The translations under genes were made by a program, and so were the position numbers. Positions 36,975 through 51,600 of a stretch of DNA of 64,000 bases are shown here, piece after piece. Under the pieces are notes generated by a model. That model saw nothing but the letters and a program-made list of their open reading frames with translations. It had not been told where the DNA came from and did no database searches. How positions within the stretch are numbered: the first letter of the stretch is position 1; each line of letters starts with the position of its first letter. Source of the stretch: Takakia lepidozioides (taxonomy: Eukaryota > Plantae > Bryophyta); contig CM060731.1 in the NCBI GenBank assembly GCA_030704615.1, positions 89,652,001 to 89,716,000 on the forward strand. The letters run 5' to 3'.

Positions 36975-37498
36975 ATTTCAGCTCTTGTCACCTCCGCAGT
37001 CGCCGTGGAGTGTCACTCATGGTTCCACCCACTACGATACCTTCACCCTTTCGTGTTCCTCGATTAAAATGTGCTCCACATCCAAAACCTCCAGTCTCTG
37101 CACAGTATACACCCCTTCCTGTAAACATCCCGAGCACCATTCTCCATGGAAAGCAGGAGAAGGAGATCATGGCTTATTAGACAGGAGCTTCAGCTCTCGA
37201 GTCCCGAAACGAGGTTCCCTAATTTTGGAGACCTCGAAAGTTTTAAAATTTTGCGCATAAACTATGGAGGGAATTTTTGGGGGGCAGGAGAATGAGGTCC
37301 CGGGCAGGGGCTGCCCGCAGCGAGCCCTTTCTCTTAGGGCTAGTGTCCTCTTCGTCACCCTCCCTCTACAGCGCCCCAGCAATCTTCACCTCTGTGCCTC
37401 CCGGCATTGGAGTGTCTTGTTTGGAGATCAATCTGTGAAGGAAACGTTGGGTAGCCACAGGATTTTCCAGCCGCTTGGAGCGGAAAGAGCTCGAGGCA
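36975..37498. promoter_or_regulatory. Putative bidirectional promoter between PIGU and DDB1
   Basis: Divergent start codons ~525 bp apart; the interval is richer in CpG than the neighbouring introns. Confidence 0.6.
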
Positions 37499-40400
37499 AT
37501 GAGTGGGTGGAATTATGTGGTGACGGCGCACAAGCCAACTAATGTGACCCACTCCTGCGTGGGCAACTTCACCAGCCCCCATGAGCTCAACCTCATCATT
37601 GCGTATCCATTTTTTGACTTTTCTGTGTTCTTGTTCACTCTCCTCTACTCTGTCAGGGTGATCAAGAGTAAGGGAATGTGTACCACTTTGTCTGTTTTTC
37701 AGCTGTACACGCAGAAAAATGCACGGAGAGATATAAAAGAAGGAGGAGATGCACGGTTATTTTTTTCGGATGATGGTTGGCTGATTATTTGCTAGGTTTT
37801 ATTATTCTTTCTGCACTTTAGCTGTCGGGAGAATCCTTAACTTCAGACTTCAGCAAATGCACGCGAATAGAGATCCACTTGCTTACCGCCCAGGGCTTGC
37901 AGGTAAAGAGCTGAGAGCTGTGTGAGTAAGAGAGAGAGAGGGTGGATGTGAGGGGGAGGAGCCATCTAAACTCGAGCAAAACAATGTATTGAAATTGGAG
38001 GATGTTGAATTGTTTTCCTGTCCCCTTCCGGTTTTTTTACTACCTGGAAGGGATCACTAAGGATAGTTGTTCCGTAAGAAATGAAGAATTACGTATTGCA
38101 TGAAGTCTTATGATTTCCAATTTATGACTCTCATTTTCATTGTGAAATGTAATGGTCATCCCTCCAAACTGAATTGAAATGTCGTGACCTAAGGAGCCTG
38201 AGATGACTCAGGCTCCCAATTCATCATCCATGACACGGAGTATTTCCGCCTTTATTTTAGGAGATCTTTGGATTGGGCAGATAAGTAAACCCAGGTCAAT
38301 CTCTGTTGCAGTTTGAGAGCTTAATAAAGCACTGAGAGAGAAGGGAATCTTGTCAAACCCTGCTTGTTGGGTGTCTAGCTGATTTGAAGAGTGTGTGGGA
38401 ACAGCCAATGCTCGATGTTCCAATATATGGCAGGATTGCTACCCTTGAGCTTTTTCGCCCTCCTGTAAGTACCCCCTCCACTGGGTGTCCCTTCCTGTGG
38501 TAGTCAAAGAAGCAAAGAACCTATTAGTGTTTCCAATGCTATCTCATGGTTTCAATTTTTGTGTGGTTCTCTAGCTAAAATAATTGTCGCTCCCTTTTCC
38601 CACCCCCTTTCTTCACTTTCTCCCATTGTGAATGTGTACAGCCAGAGATCATGAGTGATATATTATTCTCATCACTGAGCTGGTTGTTATGGTTGTGAGA
38701 GCAGGGGGAGTCACAGGACGTGCTCTTCATTTCATTTGAAAGATACAAGTTCTGTGTCCTTCAATGGGATGCTGAAGCCACTGAGCTGGTCACAAGGTAA
38801 TTATTCATGGTTTGAGGTGGATCACCTAATACTAATTTGTGAAGAGCTGTACTCAAAATCGTGTGGTCATAGACCCTGCTCTGGATTTGGGCAGAGGAGA
38901 ATGGAACGGGGGAAGGTAGGGGGTTGGGAGGAGACCAAAATAGGCTCCATGAAGTAGTTGTTGTCTGTATTCTGTCAAGAAAACTCTTTAGTGTAGGTAG
39001 CAAAATGTGAGTAGGGAGAGAGAGAGAGATTTCCATGTAACCGTGAATATATTAATTGTGATAAAGGATTGTGGTATTGGCATGCAGAGCAATGGGAGAC
39101 GTGTCAGACCGCATTGGCCGTCCCACAGACAATGGGCAGGTATACCCCTCTGAATTTTCATTTCTCCTGTGCTAGTGGTTCATTTGAAGTCATTTCAGAG
39201 TTTAATGAGTAGGATTGGGATTGCTTTCATGTGGTAGATGACACATGGTTTCTACCTGTCCTTTCAACACCAGAACTTGGCTGCACGCCATGACACTAAC
39301 TTGACATAACTCCCTGGAAGGTGCTGTATCTGCAAATATCTAGCTTAACTGTAATTTGCTGTACATATACATCCCCCATTCAGGTAATGTGTACCTCCAT
39401 ATCATCTTTGGTAGAGGTGGAGTGTAGGCTTAGCATCCCCCAAACCAAGGGTTAAGCACCCCTGGAAAATAATATTTGTGGCCCTGGGGTAGCTGACATT
39501 AAACTTTGCCTGCATGTTGGCTACCTGGTTATCATGCGGTACAATACAACATTTGTTACCCACCAGTTTTGGTACCACATTTATCATGTGCAAACAGCAC
39601 CAAATTTATCAACACATATCTCGGTGTCACTACTCAAGTGTGTGAAAGGGTGCTAGAGTTAAGAATGTGGTTCTTTCAATGAGCTGAACCAATGCATTCA
39701 CTGATTCTTCCACATGGCTGGTGGTGATTAGATTGGCATTGTGGATCCTGACTGCCGTCTCATAGGCCTCCATCTTTATGATGGCCTCTTCAAAGTAAGT
39801 TTTGCTGCTGTTGTCTATTCCAGAAGTTGGCTGCGTCGCAACTTTCACATTTTTGTTTTCTAGTGCAATTGGTCTCGTTGGACAACTTTTCAAATACGGG
39901 AGCCATCTGTTAACACACAGTAGCTTTAACAGGTGGTGACCAGTAAAGTATTGATGTTTGTTGTTGTATAGTAATTATTTTAAACATAGAGATGAAGGCA
40001 GTATTCGAATTGGCAGAGAAATGTAATCTTGGTTTGAATTAGAATGAGATGCTGCCCACTGTCTACCTACAGATGAAGTACCTTGGTAGGTACTTACTGT
40101 CTGCATTTGTTTAGGTGATTCCTATTGACAGTAAAGGCCAGCTCAAGGAGGCATTCAATATCAGGTAAAACCCCTGTCCCCCCAGTGGTTTCCCCCTTTT
40201 TCTGATTGGGTTACTTAACAATCCAAACCCATTAATTTCAGTATAGTTGCACCATCTGCATGTCCTCAATTATCTTTTAGACTTCAAAAGTAACCGCAAC
40301 ATCCACTCATTTCCCTCTATATAAGTCCATAATCTTTCAAAAATATCGTAGCTGATAGAAGAGGAATTTGGGTATTTAGTTAAAATTAGACTCTAGGAAG

Positions 40401-43400
40401 GTTAGTTGGGCAAAGGTGCAGGGCAGTCCAAATAATTGGTGTGATGCTAGTTCTTGAAGGGCCAAACTGCTGACTCTTCAGAGATGCTGGATTTCAGGCT
40501 GGAGGAGCTACAGGTGCTGGACATCAAATTTCTGTATGGCTGCTCCAAACCGACCATTGCGGTCCTCTACCAGGTTTGTCTGCTGATCTCCCTTCTCTTC
40601 CCTTCTGCTGATAATACATCTTGTCATGATTAGCAGCAGTGTGTGCTGTGATTAAAAGTTCTGTGGAGGTTGAGTCTCTCTGCATCCAAGGCAATGAGTG
40701 ACAGGAAAAATCCTACAAGAACATTCTCAGGGCCAATACTTACAAAATACCTTGGACTTATTCATACTAAGCAGAGTCCACTGTGTGGTTCAAGGTAAAC
40801 TTTTGTCAGGAGAGATTTCTGTGAAATACAGACTGCCAAAACAAGGTTTTGAACTGTGGTTTTATCATGAAATTTGCAGCTACTGATCTGTTCAGTTGCT
40901 AATGTCTTTGTTGCAGTTTATCAAATGCCTGCGTCTTTTACAGCTATGTGTTTCCCAGCTTGTGTGCTTGTTTGTCAGTATCTTTTTGTAGCTGGTTTTC
41001 AAAAATAGTTTTTGTTGATGGGCAGGATAATAAGGATGCACGACACGTGAAGACTTATGAGGTGCAGCTCAAGGAGAAAGACTTTGGAGAGGGTCCATGG
41101 TTGCAAAACAATTTGGATAATGGTGCAGGCCTGCTGATTCCCGTTCCACTACCATTGGGAGGGGCTATCATCATTGGCGAGCAAACGATTGTCTATTCCA
41201 ATGGTTCTGTCTTCAAAGCTATCCCTATTCGACCGGTACGTGACACTTTGCTACTGATTTTTCTTTTTGATACCCTTTTTGGTATGCCAGTGCTTGTGGG
41301 GAGGGGAGAGGATAGAGAGAGAGCCCATAGATTTTCTTTGCATAGCTTTCTGGCCGCCTGGATAAAAAGGAATAGATTGAGATCTTCTCTGGCAACACCA
41401 TTTGATTGCAGAAATGATCTGAGATTTAAAAACTTGCATTATGTTGCCCTTTGTTCTATGTCCTTGTGGGCACTGTATCATGGTCTCTTTTGTTGGAGAG
41501 CAGCAAATGATGGGTGAAGGTGTTAACCAGTCAATTACAAAGGCGTATGGGAGGGTGGATACGGACGGATCGCGCTATTTGCTAAGTGACCATGCAGGCA
41601 TGTTGCACTTGTTGGTCATCACCCATGACAAGGAGCGGTCAGTGTCTCGAAACAACCTTGCCATAAATTTTAATATTGTCATTTTTGTGTGGAAGATGAG
41701 TATATTAGGGACTTTTGCTTGTTTTAGTAAGTTTGGCTTGACTTTTGGGGGCAAATCTGCAGAGTCTTGAACCTTAAAGTAGAGGTTCTTGGGGAGACAT
41801 CAGCTGCAGCTACACTATCTTATCTCGACAACGGAGTTGTTTATGTCGGCTCCAGTTATGGGGACTCTCAGGTATGCCAACTTCAGCTCTAAACCTTTGT
41901 AGAAGGGCAGGATATTGAGTATGGTACATGTACAAAGAGTTTTTTGTTGCATGCAGCTTCAGGCCTTCCGCATGGTTTATCAAATGAGAATTTTTTTGGA
42001 CAACCCTCATAACATGTAATTTTTCTACAGTCTTTGATTTGGACTGAGGCTTGTTTGCAGAAGTGCCCGTGTTTTGGGCTAAATATGGCACAATGAGTAT
42101 AAATTTGATGTTAGATAATCTGCAGCTATTAGTGTGGCTCCAGTTTGGGGTCTCAGGCAGATGTCTCCCTGCTAACCTTGGATGATCAACACAATTTTGA
42201 GTTTGCATTTTGGTCGAGATACTTGCATGAAGTGGTAAATTCCAGAATACCATTCACTCATATGCCCCCAAGCTTTCATACGAAAGGGTAATGGCCATAC
42301 AACTTGGACTGCACTGGAGGATGTCAGTAAATGTATTTCTGTAAGAGTCCACCCTTAAGTCTAAAGTGGTGTGTATGCTGCAGATTTTCTTAGTTATACA
42401 AAAATCGTGTGTTTTGCAGCTTATCAAGCTCAACTCTCAGGCAGATAGTAAAGGCTCATATGTGGAGGTCTTGGAGAGTTTTGTGAACCTGGGACCTATT
42501 GTAGACTTGTGTGTGGTTGACCTGGAGCGGCAAGGTCAAGGCCAAGTGGTGACCTGCTCAGGTGCCTTCAAAGATGGCTCTCTCCGTATTGTCCGGAATG
42601 GCATTGGCATTAATGAGCAGGTTGATTTTTCTCTGCACTCGATGCTATATCTTGTTTTTGTATCTTGTCATCTTTGTTACTTATTATCTGCTACCTGTTT
42701 TATCTTCCATTACACAAGTATCTGGAGAAAACTACTCTATAAGTGGTGCTCGCAACTGTTCAGATTGGAATTTTAGAGTTGACCTTTGCAAACGTGCTAT
42801 TTGTGTAGACAGTAGGAAGCTCGTGTTCATACTTGCTCTCACTGTTGCAAACTGTTGATAGCAAAGCTGGTTTGAGTGTGGTGATGCAGGCTTCTGCAGA
42901 ATTGCAGGGAATTAAAGGAATGTGGTCATTGCAAGCTTCATCCATGGACGTATTTGACACTTTTCTCGTGGTGAGCTTTATTAGCGAAACACGCATTCTG
43001 GCTATGAACGCGGACGATGAGCTCGAAGAGACTGAAATTGATGGTTTCGACTCTGAAGCGCAGACTCTTTTCTGTCACAATGCCATCCATGATCAAATTG
43101 TGCAGGTGAGGTGTCACCCGTGTCTTTTACCAGAGGCCAAGACTAAAGTTAAACCAAGTCACACCATCTTTAGGAGTTTGTCTTTACGCACAAGTGCCTA
43201 TAGACTGGCAAGAACCTCTGTCTTCTGTTTTGACTTCCTCTGAGCAGAAAAGATGCCTGACTGTAGGCACTCTGTGGTCATAAGAAACACTTGTGCTCTA
43301 AGTTTTGGCAGAAAGGTCGTTTCATTTCAAATAGTTGTTGCCTCCTTACTGGATGAATGTGATTTGGTGGCTAGGTTACAGCAAGCTCATTGCGGCTGGT

Positions 43401-46400
43401 GGATGCGACAACGAGGAGGCAACTGACAGAGTGGAAAGCCCCACCAGGAATTTCCATCAATGTTGCAACTGCGAATGCCTCTCAGGTAGGTTCTATCGTT
43501 TACTTCTGTAAAGTTTTATCTCCCAAGTGGCCGGAATTCCCTTTGCTGTGCACATGGAAGCTCTCTTGAATGAGTGCTGTATTTCTGGTTTCTTCAGGGT
43601 TGGTCACCATGCTAACACAGTGTCAGCACAACACGGTTTGGAGAAAGGAAACTGTAGCTGAGGTTGGCTAGCACATCTAGGTTGCTTGGTTACTGAGGTT
43701 TCATGTTACCCTCCATATCTGGTGTGCCGGTTCTGCTTAGTATCTGGACTCCACTCCTTACCTGAGATAATTAAACAAGGTCTTGTTCACTCACACCGTA
43801 CAATGTGTTTATGCTGGCAAGCTAGTTGCTTGTAAGCGCATGGAAACTGATGAATGGATAGCCAATAAATTTTGCCATTAGGTGGTGACTGCAAGTTCAG
43901 TCAATTCCTCCTATGTAGTATGGGGACTGTCAAGTAAATAGATAGGCATCATTGCAGATGGATTGGCCAAGGAACCAAGACTCTTGTAACATCTATTTAC
44001 TTGGGATGTTGGTCATCCTGTAGTCACGGGGTGTGTTTAATTTGCTCTGCAGGTACTGCTTGCAACTGGAGGTGGGAATCTTGTCTACTTGGAAATACGA
44101 AAAGAGTCATTGATGGAGGTCAAACATGTTCAATTGGAATATGAAATCTCATGTTTGGACATCAATCCCGTAGGAGATGACCCTGACCGTAGCCACTTGG
44201 TGGCTGTTGGCATGTGGACGGACATCAGTGTTCGCATCTTTGCTCTTCCAACCCTGGAATTGATAACAAAGGAGAGCCTTGGTGGAGAGATAATCCCACG
44301 ATCAGTGCTTTTTTGTGCATTTGAGGGCGTAAGTTTTTCTGTCATGTCACTTCTTTTTCTCTTAGAATCTTCTAAGAGCATGATTGGGCTATGGTAGCTC
44401 AGTGATACATGTTGAAAAGACATTTGATAGGTTGTGGATGGCGAGTGCTTGTTTCGATGAATGCACCTTGGTGCTTCGAGATAACTAGTCAATGTGTCTG
44501 CAGAATGTCACCAGCTTTTGTAACTGATCTTTGATTATTGCCAGAAACTTGGAGTCCATGACACACATACATGGACACCTTCGTACCCCTTGATAATGCG
44601 ACATGTGGAACCTTGGATTAAAAGGTATTAACCAGAATATGATACGCAACCATGTACTCCTTCAAGAATTCCCTTGCCTTGGGACACCCAATGCGTCAAC
44701 GTGGACATCTGAATGACTGCTCATTTATAGAGAAACCTGCATTGCAGTACAGGAGACTTGCAGATAGTGTCCTGGGGTCTAGATGTTCTCGCAAAGGTTT
44801 GTCACACACTCTGAGAGGGTAAGCATGCGCGTGACAAATGCTAATAGATGTCTCTGCTTGGGTGATGGTGTACATGAAAGTGGCATTACCAACATTTTAG
44901 AGGATCTACCTATTAGAAGGGAGTTTTCTCTGACGTTTCAACCCAACTGTCCATAAGCCAGTTGTTGGTCTAGGAAAAACATGGTTAAAGTGAGATGAAC
45001 AGTAATATCGAGAAGTATGCTGGCACCTGCTAAGTTCTAATGAAAATAATTTTTTAGAATAATAACTCACATGGACCAATCTTGTAATTTCTTTCCAGAT
45101 TCCATACCTGCTCTGTGCTCTGGGAGATGGACATCTCTTCAATTTTGTATTGGACATCAGCACAGGCCACCTGTCGGATCGGAAGAAGATCTCTCTAGGC
45201 ACACAGCCCATCACTCTCCGGACGTTCAGGTCCAAAAATGCAACTCACGTTTTTGCAGCGTCTGATCGACCCACAGTGATTTACAGCAGCAACCGCAAGC
45301 TCCTGTACAGTAATGTGAATCTGAAGGAAGTGAACCATATGTGCCCTTTTAACTCCGCTTCATTCCCTGACAGGTTTCTTCCCCTCCCCCGCTCCTCTCC
45401 TTTTTTTCAGACAGGTGAATATAAAGGTTCTTATCCTCTGTCTTGGAGGTTTTCCAAGTCCATCATGGGAAACATTGTAGAGAATGTACTCATGCCGTTC
45501 CCTGCGAACTATGGCTTGCCATAGCCTTACAGGCATTGACCCGTGGGAAACGAACCCTCTTGGAGCCTTTGGGTTCACGCCCACCAGGGTTTAAACATTC
45601 TAGAAAGAGAGAAAGTTGAACATTGACAGCTATTACACTGAAATGATTTATGTAACTATGCTTGTGTGCAGTTTGGCAATTGGCAAGGAAGGAGAGCTTA
45701 CAATTGGAACAATTGACGATATTCAGAAGCTGCACATACGCACTGTACCCCTTGGTGAACATCCCCGCCGTATTAGTCACCAAGAATATTCTCGTACATT
45801 TGCTATTTGCAGCGCCAAGTACTCTCAATCAGCCTCCAATGGTGAGGATATGGAGACTCACTATGTTCGCTTGATTGAGGACCAGACCTTTGAAATCATT
45901 TCATCATACCAGCTGGACACCTATGAAAATGGTTGCTCTATCATCACTTGCTCTTTTACGGACGATTTCAACGTATACTATTGTGTGGGAACTGCCTATG
46001 CCCTTCCTGAAGAACATGAGCCTAGCAAGGTTTGCTTCTCTCTGATTTCATTCATATGTTGTGTAGCTCTGTGTTGGTTCTGATCTTGTTATATGGTAAT
46101 AATAACAAAAAGCACTGTCTGTGTAGCCTTCTGTGATAGTATCTGTGATTGTCTATGAACCAGGACATTTTACCTCTAAATATTTGTCTAAAGTTTGTGG
46201 CTTCTAATCAATATTCAAGCAGGGACTTAAAAATGGAATACTCAAGATCAGCTAATGGGGTTTCGTTGTGAGCAGGGGCGAATATTGGTCTTTGTGGTTG
46301 AGGATGGCAAGCTCCAGCTGGTGGCTGAGAAGGAAACAAAAGGAGCAGTGTATAATCTGAACGCATTTAATGGGAAGCTACTGGCAGGCATTAACCAGAA

Positions 46401-47512
46401 GATTCAACTTTATAAGTGGACATTGCGGGACGATGGTACCCGGGAGTTGCAATATGAATCCTCTCACCATGGCCACATTCTGGCTCTCTATGTCCAGTCC
46501 CGTGGCGACTTCATTGTCGTAGGAGACCTGATGAAGTCCATCTCACTCCTCATATATAAGGTGTGCTCACTGTTTCATTTGAACTCTTGCTAATGTACAG
46601 GGACGAAGTGTTAAGCATCCAAGCAGGACATCTGGGTCTTATCACTTCGGAGGCCATCAGCACTATTCTCTCTCAGCAAAGGTTGCATCACTGATGTCTG
46701 TCTAACAGGTTCCCATGTCATAGTAGATAACAGGCTAGTCAACTCCGTTTGCATTGCCCAATTGGCTCTTACCGTCTGCCTTGGCCTGATTGATGGATAG
46801 AACCCCTGAAAATCTGGAAATTAAGATACCTAGTGTGTATCTTCTGTAATTCTTAACTTTCAAGTTTGCAGAGCAGCTTCAACAAAGTGAAGATGATTTG
46901 ATAGTTGGAGCGGTGTATGGAATATTGCAGCCTGAAGAAGGTGCGATAGAGGAGCGTGCACGTGACTACAATGCAAATTGGATGACAGCTGTTGAAATCC
47001 TGGATGATGATACATATCTTGGGGCCGAGAACAGTTTTAATCTGTTCACAGTGAGGAAGAACAGTGATGCTGCAACAGATGAGGAGAGGGGCCGCCTTGA
47101 AGTGGTAGGAGAATACCATCTTGGTGAGTTTGTGAACAGATTTCGGCACGGATCGTTGGTGATGCGGCTGCCAGATAGTGAGGCGAGCCAAATTCCTACT
47201 GTTATCTTTGGAACTGTGAATGGTGTGATTGGTGTAATTGCATCGCTTCCACAAGAACAGTTTCTCTTTTTGCAGAAGCTGCAGCAAAACCTGGTGAAGG
47301 TCATAAAGGGAGTGGGAGGTTTGAGCCATGAGCAGTGGCGGTCATTCAGTAATGAGCGAAAAACTGTCGATGCCCGTAACTTTTTGGATGGCGACCTGAT
47401 TGAATCATTCCTTGACCTTAGTAGAAGCCGAATGGAGGACATTGCCACTTCTTTGGAAGTATCAGTCGAAGAACTTTGCAAGCGAATAGAGGAGCTCACT
47501 AGGTTACATTGA
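37499..47512 (+). CDS. DDB1: DNA damage-binding protein 1; ~19 exons (37499-37602, 37854-37902, 38406-38464, 38705-38796, 39088-39140, 39732-39794, 40115-40164, 40498-40573, 41026-41235, 41531-41637, 41763-41871, 42420-42620, 42890-43105, 43375-43485, 44053-44328, 45099-45373, 45672-46029, 46276-46560, 46931-47512)
   Basis: [25 protein letters not shown]...[19 protein letters not shown]...[45 protein letters not shown]...[14 protein letters not shown]...IEELTRLH*; the exons join in frame. Confidence 0.98.
37603..37853 (+). other. Probable U12-type (minor spliceosome) GT-AG intron, DDB1 intron 1
   Basis: 5' splice site GTATCCATTT and branch site TCCTTAAC at 37834-37841, 12 nt before the end of the acceptor CAG. 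Confidence 0.8.
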
Positions 47513-48683
47513 TCTGCTAGACAGTGCCTGTCCCCTTCTCTCTTGTAATCTAACTAAAATGAACAGTCATGGAATTTCGTTCCTATGTGGAGCTTTTGTT
47601 CCTTGCCAAAGCGTTTTTGGCGTAGGCATAAAAGGGGACATTGTGAAGGTCTCATGGATAATCCTTGTTTCTAGACTCGGTTCAGATCAACCAATGTATC
47701 ATTTGTTCTTATTCTGAGCAACCTTGCTTAAGATTCTCCTGTGCAGATATTTCCTATGTTTCTTGATATTATTTGCAGGTTTGTTGATAGGGTGGGACTA
47801 AAGCGGTCAGGCAGATACAGTCTCTCCACGGGGGTGACAAACTCTGTTGATGGAGAGTGATATCTCACTGAGCTGTATTATGGTATTATGGCTATACCAA
47901 AATACTGGTATGACAGGCACTATGGGACCTTATGCTCTCCACTCATGTGCAGCATTACAGTGTTAGAGGAAGTGGGAAGCTACAGACTCTTCCTCTTGTT
48001 AAGATTGCGAGCAATGAACTGTATGTATTCCATACATACCACAGGCAACTGCCAACAACACCAGAGTTTGTCATTCTTGGCTGCTAGATTCGCAAAGTAA
48101 CTATGAGAAAAGTGACATAGAGTGTTGTCACAGTTCAGCCCCGGATTCACATTGTCTCTTAGCAGATGTCTTGTGTGGATGTGTGTAACAATTCAATTTG
48201 TAAGGGATCCTGTGTAACAGCTTGAAAGTTGACATCCTCTGGATTGAAAAAGGAAAAGATAAAAAGGAAGATATCCCCACAGAGAGAGACAAACGTAGCC
48301 GGTTTCTGTCGAAGGATGGTTCTTCGTCCGTCGACGTGCCCGTCGTCGTGTGTTCGTGGAAGGACCAAAACAGATCCGCGCTCCGCTCCAGTCTGGTTCT
48401 TAAAGAAAAAGAGACGGATCTGTGATGTGGGTCATGGTAGGAGAGGAAATGGCAGGTCCAGAGGTGTAGGGCAGGAGATCGAAGCAGCACCGGTAATGCT
48501 AGGCGGAGAATTGGATACAGAAGGAGGAGGAAACGGATCAAGTCTGTAGATGGGTACATCAATAGGTACGTGTAGATGGATATCACTGCATTGTTCCTGC
48601 TACAGCCAGAACCATCTGCGATATGGTAATGGAGATAGAGCTGGAGTTATTGGAGGATTGAAAAGACTTCGCTGAATTAAGTA

Positions 48684-51600
48684 ATGGAGATGAAGCAGGC
48701 GAATGATGGTGAGAGAGACTCGATCAATAACGTGGACCGAGGTCTCAATCAGACTTTAAGAAAAGTTACAGGGTACATTTTTATGACCTACGCCTCCTCT
48801 CTAGTATAGTGTGTGTATGTTTGTCTTTATTTGATTCTTTGACTCTCTCCCTGTCTCTCTCCAGATCTGGGATGCATGACCTATTTCACCTCATTCTTTC
48901 AATAACATGGGCGGATTGCCGTATTTCTATTTCTGTCTTCACTAAATCGAGTTAAGCTTCTATAGCGTCATGTCACTTTCAGATGGTTGAGAGTGTCGCA
49001 ATTGCCGAGTCTTGAAAAGATATCGCCACAGGGATTCGGGAGGTTATATGTGTGGATCTCAATTACTGCAATTGTTTGGTACCGTTGAACTATCACGAGT
49101 GCATAAGCCTTTATATTTTCAGGGTAAATGGTAACACAATCGAAACTTTCTCCCCGTAGTGCAACCGGGTAAATCATTTCTCCAAAGCATCACATGGCAC
49201 TGTCCTCTTTTTCATACATTAGTGGTTAAAAACATCAGGACCACAGTTAATCCAATATTTCAGATCCTCCTACTTCAATCTGGGGAAATCCGCAACTAAA
49301 TTTTGGGAGGCCTTGAATCTTTGTTCAGCACTGGCCTTCATTACTTCAGCATACTGTTGTCATTGTGTCTTCATGGGTAGGGAGACTCTGAAGAGGATTG
49401 CATTCATGCTGGAGAGAAGTGTGACATGACATTCCCTTTGCGCAGTTGTACGGAACCTTAATTTGCTTGTTTTTCGTTTTAGACAGTATTTGTGATGAGA
49501 TGCCATCACATGACCCACAACAGGCCTAGGAATTATTTTTGAAATATAGAGCCAAAAAAAATTGTTTTAGTTGGAAAGAAGCATAACAGTGTAGAGTTCC
49601 CAAAGCAAAGTCTGCTTATGACAACTTGTTGAGTATTCAGTCTTCTGTAGCTGTACAATAGTTATTTCTACTACCTTCTTCCAAGGAGAAAGTGCATATG
49701 AGAGTGATTTGAGAGCCTGGCTTTTTCCTTCAGACTGTGGATCATGTTGCCCCACTGTGCCCCTGTGGCATAGGTGATAACTTCCAAATATATTGCACTT
49801 AGTATGAAGGGTTAAATTGGAAAGCCTGCCTTCTCTGTACTGTAGGGGCGGACCATTTCGGGATTGAGGTGGTTCACAACTCGGAAGCCCAGCTTCAGCT
49901 ACAGATGTGTTTCGATATAATTCAACTCAGTTGCGGTCCACGTCAGTCATCCTGAAAAGTGTGCCTTGGTGCTTCAGGTTGTTAAGAGTTGGTAAATTTC
50001 TGGGTCGGAAGGAGTCAGCCGAGGGGCCATCAAGTTCAGAGAGAAAAGAGGATGACGAAGATAGCAGTCCAACCCCAAGTCAGAGTGCGGGCCCTTCTCT
50101 GACTACATCAAAGGTATTAGGTGACCAGCATTTAGCTGGTGCTGGGTGTTAGTGTAGCTTGTCCTCTTGTCTTCATCATCGGCAATCATGAGTGTCCTAG
50201 TTTCTTCCATTTCAAGCTGTCAGGGTTAAGTAGTCAGAGCTGTCCGATTGTCAACTTTAAAGCTGTAAATCTAAGTTTGTAAACAGGCTCCTGCCTGCTG
50301 CCGTCATTTGGTGATGTCTCTCATCTGAGTCAGAGATCAAATGGTACTGATGGCTTGACAGAGCTACACAAGTGATTTAAGTGACAGCATGGGGGAGGTT
50401 AGTGGGCCACCACCCAGTTACCCTTTTGACACTGCAAGGAGAGGGGGCTCAATGGGTAACTCAAGACCATCGACAGGCGGGAGAGCCACTGACACTGCCC
50501 GGGTTGCCAGGTTCAAAAAGGCACTCGCTGCGCCTGCAATTGATCTCGGTGTGCTCATTTTTCCTTGTCTTCCTCTCTCTCTAGACCCGGTTTCTGTCTC
50601 TTCAGTCTGAAAAATTGCCCCCTTTAACTTATTTTGGATTCCACTGTGGCAACCTTATTTGTTCTGTCTTTTTAGCTATCTCACAACATTATGACAAGCC
50701 TTGTTATTTGCCTCTACGATTCCAGGAGAAGTGTCAAAGCAGCCTACCTGTAACAGTGGAATGGGTGGGTTGTGTGGGCACAGATGTTTTGCGGGAGCTT
50801 GCCTGGAGCGGGGTGCCTCCCAACATAAGACCTACTGTCTGGCGACTCCTTCTGGTCTGTACTTATCTGCATAGCTTGGTTGCTACTTTTATCTGACATC
50901 CTACCGGAATGCAATCAATTTGAATCTTCTCCTCTTTGCTTTCTTGCCTGGTATTTGTGGAGCAAGTAGTTGGCATACAGTAGAAGCAAGTGACATAAGG
51001 TTGGGTGAAGGGGTATGCACCATCAAATGCAGACAGAAGAGAAGCAGTGCTTGCCAGGAAGCGGCAAGAGTACATGGAGTGTATTCCACAGTACTATGAC
51101 ATCCCAGATGCTGACCGTGGTGAAGATGAAAATGTTATGTTGCATCAGGTGCATTCCTTTCTCCATTTTTTCTCATGCACACTTATAAGAATTGATCTCA
51201 GAGGCTTAGAGCAAACTCTAAACTTGACTATTTTCTACCTGTTGCTTCTGTGCTAGCCATAGGGCACACCCTGCATGTCAATAAATCTTGGTGTAGTGCG
51301 GCAGGCCCAGCAGTTTAATACCCATCCCCCTTTCGATGTCAGGAGAACCTGCATGTTAAGGGAACTGAAGTGACAAGGTTTGCCACAGCATGTTACAATA
51401 GAGTTGTGTGGAAGGTCAAAGTTTTGTTTTAGGGTATCTAAGTTGGAAAAAAATGTGAACTCTTGCAGAAGCAAATGTAACGTATGGTGTCACTTGACCC
51501 CGAAGGACTACTACTTTCTGATGGGACGGTGGACACCTTTATGACATCCATAGTTGAGTGCTTTCAGTACACCGCTAAGTAACAAAAGTTGTCAAGCCTA

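Noticed and set aside
46853-47499. Long antisense ORFs
   Set aside because: They are shadows of the last DDB1 exon.
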